Shown piece after piece: positions 23,675 through 37,476 of a stretch of DNA of 64,000 bases. The DNA lies in assembly GCA_028534125.1 (NCBI GenBank), contig CM052817.1, forward strand, positions 100,628,001 through 100,692,000, given 5' to 3'. How positions within the stretch are numbered: position 1 is the first letter of the stretch; every line of letters begins with the position of its first letter. The DNA comes from Lama glama (Eukaryota). The position numbers and the translations under genes were made by a program. The notes beneath the pieces are model-generated. The model had not been told where the DNA came from. It worked only from the letters and a program-made list of their open reading frames with translations, and made no database searches.

Positions 23675-25124
23675 TAAATTTAGGAATCCCAGTCTCATTT
23701 GCTATTGCTTGATCCCCCCATGCCTGGGTCCCTGGGATGTTTTAGTCAATATGTGTGCAATTAGGACTCAGGTAACTCTTGCCTGGTTTTCCTTTCTTGC
23801 TCTCTGAGGCCAAACGAGCACCTCATTTAGATGAATATGCCAGAGAATCACTATTCACAGGTTGACTCTCTGAAACAAGCATTCCATCTTCCTCTTCAAA
23901 TTCTTGGCAGGAAGGCTGAGTGGACATATTGGGGGAAGATACTGCCTGACTGCACTGCACCCAGTGCACCTTCCGAAAATGTGCATCTGAATTGAAAAAG
24001 AAACAATATTTAAATTCTAACATGTGCCAGGCACTGGGGATACAATGCTGACCAAAGATATAAGCCCTGTAACCCAAAAAGCAGAGTACAGTGGCTATAA
24101 AGATACTGTTTTTTTAAAAAAAATATGAGACAACCATCTACCCTAATCAGACCTTTGTAAGATATATAGACGAGAAAAACTTCTAGAAGTTATATAATCT
24201 TAGTAGGAACCGGGTAAAACAAACTTCACTGTAGTCCATTTCCATCACTACACACAAATGTCTACAGCGAGAAAAAGCATCCAAAAAATAAATAAATAAA
24301 TAAAAGCAAATCCATCACCATCACTAACAAAATAATCAAACATGTAAAATACTCATTTTAATACCAAGAAACAATTACAATACACTTAAAACTATTCTTT
24401 CTTTCTTTTTTAGTGAAGACTAAGAGCTATTATTTTTTAAATAGTAATAACTATCATGATTTCCTTACAAAGATCTTTTCTATTTATAATGAAATAAAGC
24501 AACACTGTCATGATGATTCAATCAGTAAACTAGATCCCTTATGTAATGATCTGTAATTTTTCAGACAAGAAATTTAAAAAATTTTTCAGGTTATAGAACA
24601 GTATTTCTGGACAAACCTAACAAGGCAGTGGTTGTAAAACACTCTCAAACTTCCAAACACCCTCAATTTCAGTACAAACAATGCTGTGTTGTACACTCAA
24701 TCTAAAACTAAGAGGAAGCATTGTGGGTCGGTCACAACTCGAATTCCTTATCACAATGACGACGGCCTAAGGATTTTACCACTAAACTCAGCCATTCAAA
24801 TAACCGGGAAGACAATAATGGTGGTCACTGCTCTCCAAAACTGCTGATTTTCAGATCTGTTTGAAGGAATATCTCTTAGAATTTCCAAGTTTCTGGAAAG
24901 GATTCCTTCATTCTGAAGTTATTCCTCTCACCTAGACAAAAGTAGGTTAACTCAAAAGAATAATAATAATTAATTGAAAGTCATAAAAAACATGCCTTAA
25001 TTTTTCTACTACAGCAGTTCGATTACTGCAGACACAGAAACTAAAATATTAATACGGAATCTCACAGGCGAAGAAGTCTGTTTTATATTCAAACTAGTAA
25101 AGATATTCCCACCACATTTATGTA

Positions 25125-25350
25125 ATCAGCAAACATTACAGAGTGCCCACTAGGGACCAACTCTATGCTAGGTACAGCACATTCATTTAATCTACAACCC
25201 TGACATCGTCACTTCCATTTTACAAAACAGGAAATAGCCTCGGACTAAGGTCACTTAGATTACAAAGATTTACAGTTAGTAAGATTTAGTAACATGTTTG
25301 AAATTCAGACATGTCTGAGCCAAGGTTTATGTTCATTCCACTAGACCGAC
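25125..25350 (-). mobile_element. MIR SINE
   Basis: ctatgctaggtac...tcatttaatc...ccattttac...aggaaa. Confidence 0.6.
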
Positions 25351-25619
25351 CTGTCTTCCAACGTGGCATAATAAAAATCTTGAAGCACCATGAGAAAGGG
25401 CACAGGTGACAGTAACATGACACTGCTGCAACTATCTCTTTCATATAAAAGCTCCTCCTGAGATAGGGACCATTCTCCTTTCTCAGAGCCCTAAACATCA
25501 CCTTTCTTCCAATCAGGTCCTTAATACTTCTTAAGAGTGAAAGAGGTTCTCAGACCAAAAATCTGAACACTGCTGGTCTGGGTGGGCAGGTATGTTATAA
25601 GCCATACAAAGACGAATAA

Positions 25620-25770
25620 ATTCTTGAGCTGGAAAGCTTAAGACTATTCTTATTTAACCCCCTGATTTTACAGCTGTAGAAATTGAATCTAGAGATTTAA
25701 AGGCCCTGCCCAAGATCGCAACAGCTGAGGAAGGGAAGAGCTGAATTAGAAGGCCTCAGGTCTGCTTACA
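25620..25770 (-). mobile_element. MIR-type SINE fragment
   Basis: cccctgattttacagctgtagaaattgaatctagaga...cccaagatcgcaacagct. Confidence 0.6.
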
Positions 25771-26199
25771 GGTCATAAGCATGGTATGTGAAAAATGGAC
25801 CTCAAAGGGTATGGTATATAAGAATTAACACAGATCAAGCGCTTATATCAGCAGGTGTTCAACAAATGCCAGTGTTCTGATGAAAGAGGACCGAATCTCT
25901 GCTTAAATCCTTTCCGTGATCGGCAGCCTCCACGACCTGAGCAACACATTGTACTTTTTGATCAACTTTATACTTACTTCTTCCTTTACTAAAGCTGAAA
26001 TCTCTGTCCTTGAATTTCTACCTGGCATGGCCTCCCTGGTTGCCACATAAATCAAATTTAATCCTATATGCTATCTAGCTTATTCTTCAAACATAACCAC
26101 TCTAATTTCACTACATAACTCTTGACGTGGCAAGATTTTAACTCCCCCACCACCCTATTTGTCTTTCTCAAAGAGCTCCAACTGACTGCTTCCCTCCAA

Positions 26200-26697
26200 G
26201 AGAAGAGATATCTGCACTCCCAGGTTCACTGTAGCATGATTCACTGCGGCTATGATATAGAATCAACCTAAGTGTCCGTTAATGGATGAATGGATAAAAA
26301 AGATGTGGTGCATATACACATACATACATATACATAGAAACAGAGAAGAAAAGTGACTGCTGGGGGCTGGGGAAAATACGGCAAGGTTGGTAAGAGGGTA
26401 CAAGCTTTCAGCTATAAGATTAACAATGTCTGAGGATTTAGTGTAAAGCAGGGTGACTATAGTTGATAACACTGTATTATAAAATTGAAATTGCTAAGGG
26501 AGTAGAATTTAAATGTTCTCACCAAAAGAGAGAGAAATATATGAAGTGAGGTAATGAATGTGTTAATTAACTAGATGGGAAAATTCTTTCACAATGTATA
26601 CGTATATAAAATCACTACAATGTACACTTTACATATCTTAAAATTTTACGTCAATTATACCTCAATAAAGCTAAAATTAATTTTAATTTTAAAAAAG
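26200..26697 (+). mobile_element. L1MA-type 3' end
   Basis: tatctgcactccc...aatcaacctaagtgtcc...aattatacctcaataaagct. Confidence 0.85.
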
Positions 26698-27129
26698 AAC
26701 ATTCTGATAACCCAGAACCCCCCTAGTGTCTTAACAGAAACTAGCCTGTTTCACCCACAAGGATAGCCACTATCATGACTTTTAACACCAAAATTAATTT
26801 TTCCTGTTTTTGAAATCCATATAAATAAAATAATACATTTATACTCTTGTATAACTTGTGTCTTTTTTAAGGTTTATTTCTGTTTGTTTTTTGCTCAGCA
26901 TTATGCACTCTCATTGCTATATATAGTTTCTATAGTGTAAAAATACCAATGGTAAAATACCATTTAAAATTTCTACCTCTGATGGGCATTTGTATAAGAT
27001 AATCAAGTTTGATAATTGCTGTTATTTGGAAAAATCTGTACTCTTCATATGTTTGACAAATTTTTATTTCTCCAATTAAATTTTTTTAATTACAGTTGGT
27101 TAATCATCATCGACAATTTATATAATTTT

Positions 27130-27850
27130 GGCTTTCAAATATGATCCGAATAGATAAACTAGCATACTCTGGTATAATACACCATTACTACCTTTCCTAA
27201 GTGAACTATGATATAGCACTAAGGAATCAAATAGCAAATAAGGGAAAGCATCTCTTTATAAAATCATTTATGTTAGTAAATGAAAAAGAAATGAGAGAAT
27301 TCAAAGACTAACACTCTGCAATCTCCAATAAATTAATGGATGGAGGCATTGAATATTAACAGCTGCTAACATCATAGAAGGAAGGACACCAGACTCTAGG
27401 TGACTGACTTTTAATGAAGTAACACCACACCCTGACAGAAGAATCAAACCAAGCCCAATCAATCCTCTGGATCCAGCTGCCAGTTTGAGGAAGCAAAAAG
27501 GATGGATGAATGTGCTAAACTGTACTATGTGTATGCAATCAGTCAAATCCAGACTGAAAAACAGATCAAACAGGTAAATTTCAAGAAAGGTATGAAAAAT
27601 GAATCTGTAGACTAAAACAGACTTAAGAGAAACAGCTAGCCTTTTTTAAATGGTCAAGATTAAACATTAATACCTAGGGAGACATACTTCAGTAAGAGAA
27701 TCATCAACAAAAGGAAGTGATTTCTGTAAGAGTAACTTCGAGGAAGGGAAGGGGCTATGATTGAGTCAGGGCACATGGAGGATCTTCTGGGATAGTTGGC
27801 AAACTTCTATGTATTGAGCTTTGTGGTAGCTATAAGAATGTATTATCTAG
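27130..27850 (+). mobile_element. Old L1 (L1MC/MD) 3'UTR fragment
   Basis: aatgactgc-like region, ctctggatccagctgccagttt, gagtcagggcacatggagg. Confidence 0.6.
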
Positions 27851-27869
27851 CAATATATTAAAAAAAAAA

Positions 27870-28890
27870 GCTGACTAATAAATGGACAGAATATCTGAGT
27901 AAACATTTTTCCGAAGAAGACATACAGATGGCTAACAGGCTTCTAAAAAAGATGCTCAACATTGCTAATCATCAGAAAATACAACTCAAACCACAATGAG
28001 ATATTACCTCACACCTGTCAAAATGGCCATCATCAAAAAGTCAACAAATAATGTAAACTGGCAAGGATGTAGAGAAAAGGGAACCCTAGTACACTGTTGA
28101 TGGGAATGTAAATTGGTGTAGCTACTGTGGAAAACAGCATGGAAGTTCTTCAAAAAAAACTAAAAATAGAACTACCGTATGACTCAGCAATTCCACTCCT
28201 ACATATATATCTGAAAAAAAAAAACAAAAATCAAAAAAAAAACCCCACTAATTCGAAAAGATACATGCACCCCAACGTTCACAGCAATATTATTTACAAT
28301 TGCCAAGATACGGAAGCAACCTAAGTGTCCATCAATAGATGAACGCATAAAAAAAGATGTGGGGGGAGGAATATTATTCAGCCATTAAAAAGAATGAATT
28401 TCTGAAAAGAATATGAAAACAGATATATGTATATGCATGACTAGGACACTGTGCTGCTGTACATCAGAAATTGACACACTGTAATTGACTCACTTCAATT
28501 GAAAAAAAAAAGGAAAAAGGAAGAACGAAATTCTGCCATTTCCAACAACATGGATGGACCTAGAGGGTATTATGCTTAGTGAAATAAGACAGAGAAAGAC
28601 AAATACTATCTGTTACTTATATGTGGAATCTAAAAAATAAAATGAATGAATATAACAAAACAGAAACAGACTCACAGATACAGAAAACATAGTAGTAGCT
28701 ACTAAGGGGGAGAGAGAAGGGAGTAGAGGCAAGATGGGGTAGGGGATTAAGAGATACAAACTAGTATGTATAAAGTAAGTTAACAGTGATATATTATATA
28801 GTACAGGGAAATATAGCTGTTATTTTACAGTAACTTTAAATGAAACATAATCTATAAAAATTCTGAATCACTATGTTGTAGACCAGGAAC
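27870..28890 (+). mobile_element. L1 3' region with nested younger insertion
   Basis: gaagacatacagatggctaacagg...gaactaccgtatgactcagcaattccactcct...atggatggacctagagggtattatgcttagtgaaataa. Confidence 0.9.
28405..28520 (+). mobile_element. Short young L1 3' tail (camelid-like) nested in an older L1
   Basis: aagaatatgaaaac...gcatgactaggacactgtgctg...ccagaaattgacac-like tail plus A-tract; TSD AAGAATGAATTTCTG (28390-28404) / AAGAACGAAATTCTG (28521-28535). Confidence 0.8.
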
Positions 28891-30979
28891 TACTGTAAAT
28901 CCACTACAGTATGATTAGAATCTTTATGATTCTAATAGAAACTATTTAGGACAATATTCACTCACTGCTCCTACAGCAGTATAACAGCTGCCAAATTTGC
29001 CAAAAATTTAACAAACTTGGGAATGCAACATACAGCTTGAAGCCAGTTAATTTACTTCTAGACACCTCTTCATTCCATGATTCCACAAGCAATGTTCAGA
29101 ACAGTAATTCACTTTTGCAGCTGGGTAATAAGCCACAGCTGCCAGACCACTGGGCTTTTCTGGATTTCTTCTAATGTCAAAGAAATCCAGAAAAGTCACT
29201 TAATTTTGAAGAAATCTTTAGTATCTCATTTTAGAGTTACAAAGTTTGATTCTATTTTTCTAAAATTTAAAACTCCTGATTATATTAAAGCATAATCATA
29301 GACACTCTTTTCAGGTGTATGCTCTACTCCTTTTCCTTACCATTCTAAACAAAGTTTAATTAATCAAGAAATTATAACAAATTACCAAGTATGTGCCAGG
29401 AAATGAAGCAGATCTATAACATATAAAAAACAACAATCTTCCCCTTAAGATAGCTCGAAATCTAGTTGGAGATATAAGTAAGTACTATTTGTGCTATCAA
29501 ACAATTACTTGGTTTTGTGTTATGCTCTGGATAAATAAAAGAAGTTCTAAGAAGGAAGAAATCCTGTGTGACCAGAAGCATGACCCAGCTCTACACATGA
29601 AAGACACTCAATAAATACTAAAAGAAGGAACAAATGAATGAAAAAACTGGTACAGTTGTGCATACACATAGAATTGAGTAGGGTCCTCAACAACCAGCAA
29701 GACAAAATCTGCTCTTCGCCAAAGAAGAGCCCTAAAATCTATATACACACCTGCAATATTTCATTGATTCTAAAAGACACATATTTGTTGTCATATCTCA
29801 CTTCTCAGAAATTGATGGCATGCCGTAATTTAAACAGCAGCATTTTTTCTTTTCTAATAGTTAAAATAAATGTGTACCTCGAGTTTCTTATATTTGATCA
29901 AACACATCAATTGATTCTAAACAAATGTTAGCATATGTAATATGATTTCAAAATCAATCACTTCTACATGCAAATTTGGATCCGTAATTACAGCTTTTAT
30001 TATAACAGCTCAAAAACTTAATGAAAGCCAATGAAACATTGCAATGTCAAATCCTATGAGTTCTGAATCTTAAAGTCAAAACATAAAAGAACATAATTAC
30101 AACCACTACAAACTCATGTAGCACATCTTCCATAAAATCTAGAGCATGCATATTCTCCAACGTTACTGCAAATGGTACTGTGAGGTAAATAACCGCACAT
30201 AATGTAAACAAATCTCAGTTACAGAAATACTGAAGACAGTCTTTCTTTTTTACACTAAAAGGTAGCAGTCTGGGGAAAAGAAAATAATCTTTGTTGCTAT
30301 ATTTTTATCTATAAATAGAAAAATAAAATGATCACCATCTTAACAGGTAGAAATTTTACTGAAAAAACAAATAGAAAAGTGTTAACTTCATATTAACCAA
30401 ATTAATTTCATATTCATTTATAATTACTCTAAAGGAAAACTCTCATAATAAACATAATGCAGTTAACATAAAACAAGCAACCTGGCAATATTTTATTTTG
30501 ACTGAGGGAGATGCCATGTTTTTTCAAAAAATAAACAATGAATTTGCCAATGCCTGACTATTATCACGTAGCTAGGGAAACATTTTATAGTCTTGGAAAA
30601 GTGCAAACAGGCATGAATTAAACTGCTGACACAGCACCCTTCCCTTGAAAGCAGCACTAGTCTAATTAGAATAGGAACTTACATCAAGGAAAGAGCTTCC
30701 CTACCAATCTTTTGTCATTATCAGCCTCAATATCTTTATAGAACAGAATATGAACTAGTGAAACATTAATCAATTAAGGAAAGAATAAACCTTAAATCAG
30801 TAGGAGAACCTGCATGTATTTATGCACCTACAGGTATGTATGTGCGTGTGTAGGAATTATGATAGTCAGGACAGGAATTAAGATAAGAATTACATAGTCA
30901 GTGAATCTGACTTTTGCTACATACAGGGATAGTCATTTAATCTTTGCAGTCTCAAGATTCATCACTAGAAAAGGAAGTA

Positions 30980-31160
30980 ACGTTTGTTGAGTATCTGCTA
31001 TTTACCAACCACTGTGCTAGATGTTTTATGTAAATTATCTCAATCTCCAAAAGAATCCTACCAGATAGTTAGTATTATCCTCACATAACCAAAGCTCAGT
31101 CACCTAAATTTGATTCACTTGGCCAGGCCAAACTCCAAAGCCCTTTTCCTTTACTACACA
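30980..31160 (-). mobile_element. MIR SINE
   Basis: tttgttgagtatctgctat...cactgtgctagatgttttatg...attatctca. Confidence 0.65.
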
Positions 31161-34100
31161 GTACTATATAAATATAAGCATGAACATGCACAAATACAGT
31201 CCAATACATGACTGATGACACAGCAACGGGACAGCTAGAGACAACTGTCTATTTTTCTACATAACATGTTTCTGTACTGAGAATTAGTCCATTCTTTCAT
31301 CATTAAGGGATGAGATCAGTATAATGTGAAAGTCACATTGGTCCAGAAAAGAATTTTCTCCAGCATAGTAATGTTTTAAAGCCATCAGGGATGAGCTTTC
31401 TCACAAAAAGAGCCTTAGCAATATATGATGACCTTCAGGAAAAAAAACCCCTGAAAATCCTGTGGAAGAGAGCAAGCAGAGGCCGGTTAACAGCTTCAAG
31501 AACTGCTAGGATTTCTACAATGTCAGACTATCTGGCCAAGCTGTGAGTATAAATAAGCCATGAAAATATTTCTGCATGTTTACCGTAAAAAAGGGGGGGG
31601 GGGCGAGGTGGTGAAGAGGACAGATAAAGAAGGCTACATCCTGGATAAGAATTTTTAATTTTGACGATTTACCTTAAACAGAATTGAATGCCCTTGTGGA
31701 CGTACATTTCAAAGGAGAAGACTAACTGACGTTGGGTGCAAATGGTTAGTTATATCAAAATTTTATGAGAATTGTTACCAGTTTTGTTAGTACAGAGATT
31801 ACAAAGCTGCATAGGCCTGAGTGGCTTGTCCCTATTTTTAGGGTATGATTTTGCAGAATTTCAGGTTTTTTCCAGAGACATATATATTGCTTTACTAGAG
31901 AACTCCCAGTATTATGGTATTTAAGAAAATCCGGTGTCACCACCTGCTTTATTCAGACCCAGTCTAAGTTCTTCAGTATTTGCTGTTATGGGGGAAAAAC
32001 CAACATATACTGAGAGTTTAAGTAAACTTTATTGCTGTTAAACACTTAAGAATTACTTCGTCAAACTAAATCATTGCCCATTTTTATCTTTGCTTTGAGA
32101 AATAATAGTTAAGAGTGAAATACTTGGAATAAACAAAAACCAGAAAATAACATTTAAAAATACAGATTATATTAACAGAATTAAAATATATGATCTCAAA
32201 ATTCTCAAAATTATGCTAAATTATAAATTCTACTATATACTATGTACTAAAAAAACAAATATTTTGAGTCAGTTTTTAAATTTTTTTTTTAAATGCCACA
32301 AGGAGGATGACATTCATTACAATAATCATCCAGGTTTTCCCCTTAGGAGTGATCTTTTTATTAGTCCACAGACAGCATACTTGAGATTACTTCCCTTATG
32401 AAAATGTCAAATTATTAAGGAGAAAACAGTATTTACCAATATTGGTCACAGAGAATACACTTTACTAAGCTGACTTCCTCATTTAAATCTCTCTCTGCAA
32501 CATGTGTCTAAGATAACATTAATACTTTAAGAATGTCAAATCCTAATCAAATTTTAACTCTGGTAATACAAGTTACTAAAAGTTATCAAAAACGGAAAGT
32601 TATTAAATTTCCACTGTGATAAAACAGAAAACAGGAACCAAAACTAAACAGTCCTACGTAAAATAAAGTATTTAACAACTTGAACTTACACTGCTAAGTA
32701 TTTTACTCTCCTCATTGAGATGACTGAAGATTTCAGACCTAGGCTCCTGTCAATCTTCTACCTCTCAATCTCAAAAGGTTTTGTTTCTTGACTCCTCCTT
32801 CCTTCTCTCCTCTCTGTGAAGAAAAAAGTGATCCCTATCATTTCCAAGAGTAATATCAGTCCTTTTGATTTTGTCTGCACCATACTTCCTCCAGAAAAGT
32901 GCTCTATTAATCATTTCCCTCCTGCTTAAAGGTTCAACTGCTTTAATCTCACTGGTCTCTCTTTTGTGAACATTCTCAAGTACGTGACATTGATTCTTGA
33001 ATGGAAAACAATGTAAATGAATGAAGCCTTACAAATAAGAAGCTGCCCTAATCCAACTCTATGGATTCAAGAAATAATAGAATTCAGTTTTCTTTTCAAT
33101 TCACTCTTTAATAAAGCTCTAGTCACAGAATAAAGATAAAGGAGAAAGCAAAAGTCAGTATCAAAATGTTTAATAAGCAAAGGCCATATAGCAATGATTT
33201 CGATCTTTACTTTTCAGTAACCAAGGACTTCTTGGCTACTCCAAGTTGTATCTAAAAATTATCCCAGATATGATTTTAAGAAATGAATTTTAAAAGATAC
33301 TTTAGAGAATGGACTGCCTATGACTTTCAACAACCAGTCAACACTCCGAAATTTAGGAATTAACTGCCTATACAGTAGAGACAGTATGTTATAAACCTTT
33401 GCCCTTATGCTTACTTATTTTTTCTTTTAAAAAATTAAACCAATCTATTTCTGAAACATTATCTTTAAAAGGGTAACACTGTGATTTTTATTTACTATTT
33501 ATCACAACTTTCAGTGTAAAGAGTAAGATTCCAACCCTACCCCCACCCCCCACCCCCAAGTACTGTAATGAAACCTCAATCAGAATTCTGAGACTTTTCC
33601 TTCAAAGTTTGTAATTTTACACGTTTACAACTTATATGGATTGGGGGAAAAAAATTAGAAAATTAGGAAAACTTGTAAGTGTGGAAGCAAAAGAGAAACA
33701 AAAAGGATATACTCGAAATTTCTCTATCACTATCACGCCCTTTTCCAGCCTTTTCCTCAGTTACTTTCTTGATTATTCCCAACTTATACAAAATCTAAAT
33801 CATATCCAATCCTATTCCTAGACACTAAAGGAGATCACTTATCATATATTAATTATAACCGTCACACAAATCTAATCTAACAGCATCCTGATCCAACAAC
33901 AAGACAAAGCTGTAACATAGTAAACTACTTTCTATAAACCTCTATAGGACTAAACCACAATTACTCATGTCATTTTGTGCCTGATACACATAGTTCTGAT
34001 TTAAAGGGACAGGACACAATGTACTGTAAAGCCTAGAGTAATGATTTTGCTTGGCAAAGAACACAGGGATAACGTCTAGTAAATCCAAGACTAAAATCTA

Positions 34101-34899
34101 TGGCCTTTAGACCCAACTCACTATGACAACCTGCTTCTCCTTAGATGCATTCTCTTTCCAGCTCCTATAGGATCTCCCGTTACCTAATTCATGTAAGCAA
34201 TTCAGTAACTATGAAATGCTCCTCCTTCTTACAGGCCTTTCCTTCTCTTCCCTAAAATACAGTTGCTTTTAGGTTTCTGACTTTTCCTTTCTCATTCTAC
34301 ACACCTCTTCAGACTATTATATCCACCCTCATAGCTTCAACTACCACGTACGGTGAGAGTTCTCAATGTCATTGGAGTTAAAGATCACTGGAAGGGGCAG
34401 GAGTGCTTGTTAAAATGCAGATTCCTAGGACCTATGACAAGAATAAAATCTAAAACTCCTTCTAAATTTACCTCTTTTAAAACAGCTTCCCAAGGACTTC
34501 TCGCCAATACTCCCCAAAAGAATTAACTAACAACTTTAGGTTCCAACAGCTTCTATTCCATACCTATGTTCTGAAATACCTTAACTTTCTTGTTGTCTAA
34601 CTTTCCCAATTAGGACGGTAAACTCCCAGAAGGCCATTTTTTACTTCTCCATTTTATGATTTCCAGTGGTTTGCATAAGAAGTTAGCTATTAGCAGACTC
34701 TCAATAAATACCAGAATCACACATGTACTGTCCAGATTAGAAGATAACAAATGACTAAACAAAAACCATAAATAATTACTTATTATCTGCTTTGCTCCAC
34801 TCTTTGATAGTCTGAATTAGGAAGGCTTATACTAGACTTTCTTGTTTCCCAAATTATGAACGCATATCCAAATTTCAGATGGTCCCAGATAAGATCAAG

Positions 34900-35110
34900 G
34901 ATAAGAACATGGGCTTTGAAGTTAGACACCTGTGAAGTAAAAACCTAGATCCACCACTTACCATGATCTCAGGGAAGCTTGTAATGGCTGCAACTCTAAA
35001 ACGAATTTTATAGTTAATAAACAGGTTTTAGGTGAGGATTAAAAGAGATAACATATATAAAGTACCCAATATCTGGCATTTGGTGATAATTAGAACATGG
35101 TAGATGTTAT
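34900..35110 (+). mobile_element. MIR SINE
   Basis: aagaacatgggctttgaagttagac...ccaccacttac...gtgaggattaaaagagataa. Confidence 0.75.
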
Positions 35111-35689
35111 TCTTACTAAGCCATAATTTTTAAAGGAAACAAGGCATATGAAGGTGGGAAGATAAAACTTCCTTTCAGATATATTTTGGTAACTTTTTTA
35201 ACTAAGATAATACACAGATTCTATTTTTTAAAAATCTACTTAGCATTATAAATTAATTAAACTGCATTATTTATAATTAATTTAACTATAAAAATTTAAT
35301 GATTTTTAATCAACTTAAAATTTTAAGCAACAACCTAAACCAGAGCTTTTTAGCTTAAAGAGTCTACCCAACCAACTCTTACATACAGTAGTCGCTGGTC
35401 TTTAGGAGCCCAGTGATAAAGAAAAACTTGTAAAATTGATGTTTTTCTTTCTTTTCTTAAAGCGTATTTTCCATTGTAGATTTCAATCCAATCAAAATTT
35501 GGTAGGTGGGTACAGGTACAAATGCACATTTGCATAAATATACTCAATAGCAAATAAAAGAGGTAAGAACTGGTATAGACAGGTCCTTTTAAGATTTACA
35601 AAAATATTACTTGCTGCTTGCCACAGAAGCTTAACAGTTATTCCAATAACTGGGTTTGTTTGCATCTTTTGACCTTACTATAAAGGTCA

Positions 35690-36370
35690 AATCTAAGACC
35701 TAGTAGAAAATTTGAAAAATCTAGATGTGTAAAAAAGACATACTTTAAATTATCTATAAATCCCATCATCCAAAGATAATCACTTTATACATTTGTTGTA
35801 TTTGCTTCCAGTCTCCCCCTCTACAATGTGTAACAAACACATATTTTCAAAACTGATGTCATAGTAGGTTAAACTCCATGAAAATGCTGGTATTCAACCA
35901 CTGGAACTACAAAAATGGCAATTTCATATGGTTCAATCTAATACCATATGCACCACATGTGTATGGATGTGTAAGTATAATTTTATATTCTTCTTCTGAG
36001 AATTTATACTAAATCATGAGCATTTTTCTACATCTTCAAGATTCTTCCCAAATATGACATTTTAAGGCTGCACAGCAGCCCAAATAAATGAATATAATTA
36101 ACTCATTTGACCATTTCTCTGATGTTTGAAACGGAATTATTTCGGATTTTTCACAATTACAAATGACGCTGGTATGAACATCCTTGTGCCTGAATCTTAT
36201 TCTATAAGTCTCTGACTTATTTCTGGAAGGACAAATTCCTAGAAGTAGGCTTACTGAGTCAAGTTCATGAACAATTTAAATATTACTTAAAGATATTCTT
36301 AAAATGCCTACCATTAAAAATTTTACATTCCCAATTTATATTTCACCATTAGTGTATGAGATTGCTCATT
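35690..36370 (-). mobile_element. Ancient L1ME fragment
   Basis: atgctggtatgaacatccttgtgc-like segment, aaattcctagaagtagg...actgagtcaa. Confidence 0.7.
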
Positions 36371-36494
36371 CCATATCAAAACTGTTTTTAAGAGTCTGAG
36401 AGATGATTTTACAAATCACCTATGGTTTTGTAAACCAATTCTCTGAGAAAGGAAAGCTGACAGAAAAGGTAAAACAGGAGCACATTCTCAACGC

Positions 36495-36677
36495 CAGCAG
36501 TTCTTAAAATTTGGTGTGCGTGTGAATCACTTAAGTGGAGTGTTCAAAAGTGAAAATCCCGAGATCCCATTCTAGTGATTCTGTCTGAGGGTTGTGATGT
36601 CTATCTGTGCTTTTAACTACCGTCCTGAAACACAGAGAAGCACGTGATCTCTGAACCACACTTGAGAAACATCACTG
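36495..36677. mobile_element. MER5-like hAT MITE
   Basis: Termini cagcagttcttaaa ... accacacttgagaaacatcactg; internal gaatcac, gattctg. Confidence 0.7.
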
Positions 36678-36954
36678 TGAACAGAATACAAATGCTTTAA
36701 GTGAACAATTACTGCAGCAATGAAAAGTATATTCCAAATAGCTGAGGAACAAGTGAGTACATCACCTTTTAATTGAAGATACAAAAATTAGATAGTCATA
36801 TAATGCCTTTGTTTCTGTAGTCACTATTTAGTTGAAAGCGCAAATACTTTCAAAGTATACTAAAGTACAGTACTTTATCACAATTTAAAAACAAATATAT
36901 ATGCATGTATGTATATTTGTATATACATATGTATTTAAGGAGAAGTTTTAACAT

Positions 36955-37135
36955 TGGTTCTGCTGTTTCCTAGCTGTGTGATTTAGGCTATATAACCTCT
37001 CGGACCCTCAATTTCCTCATCTTTAAAAATGACAATAAAAATACCTATCTCACAAATGATATAATTAAGACAGAAGTGCTTAGTACAGCATCTGGTCCAA
37101 ATTAAGGGTTCAACAAATGTTTGTTATAATTATTA
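36955..37135 (+). mobile_element. MIR SINE
   Basis: ctagctgtgtga...taacctctc...ctcaatttcctcatctttaaaaatg...aatacctatctcac. Confidence 0.8.
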
Positions 37136-37382
37136 TGACATGATCATTACTTTGAACACATCTAATTAAATCGACCCACAAACCACTTTGTCCAGCAACA
37201 AACAGGACCATGTTCAACTTAGCTGATAAGCCACACATGGAAAGAGCAATAGCAAGATAAAGGCTGCCTTAAAAAAAAAAAATCACTAAAAAATATGCTA
37301 GGTACTGAAACAAACTCTTTAACAAATTTTTTTTGGTTGGAGAGCATAGCAAAAAGTGGGAGTTCTAGAATTCAATCCCAAA

Positions 37383-37476
37383 TTTTTTTTTAACATTTTT
37401 TATTGATTTATAATCATTTTACAATGTTGTGTCAAATTCCAGTGTTCAGCACAATTTTTCAGTCATACATGGACAT
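37383..37476 (-). mobile_element. Short young L1 3' tail (camelid-like)
   Basis: T-tract, ttacaatgttgtgtcaaattccagtg...cagtcatacatg; flanking repeat CCAAATTT on both sides. Confidence 0.75.
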
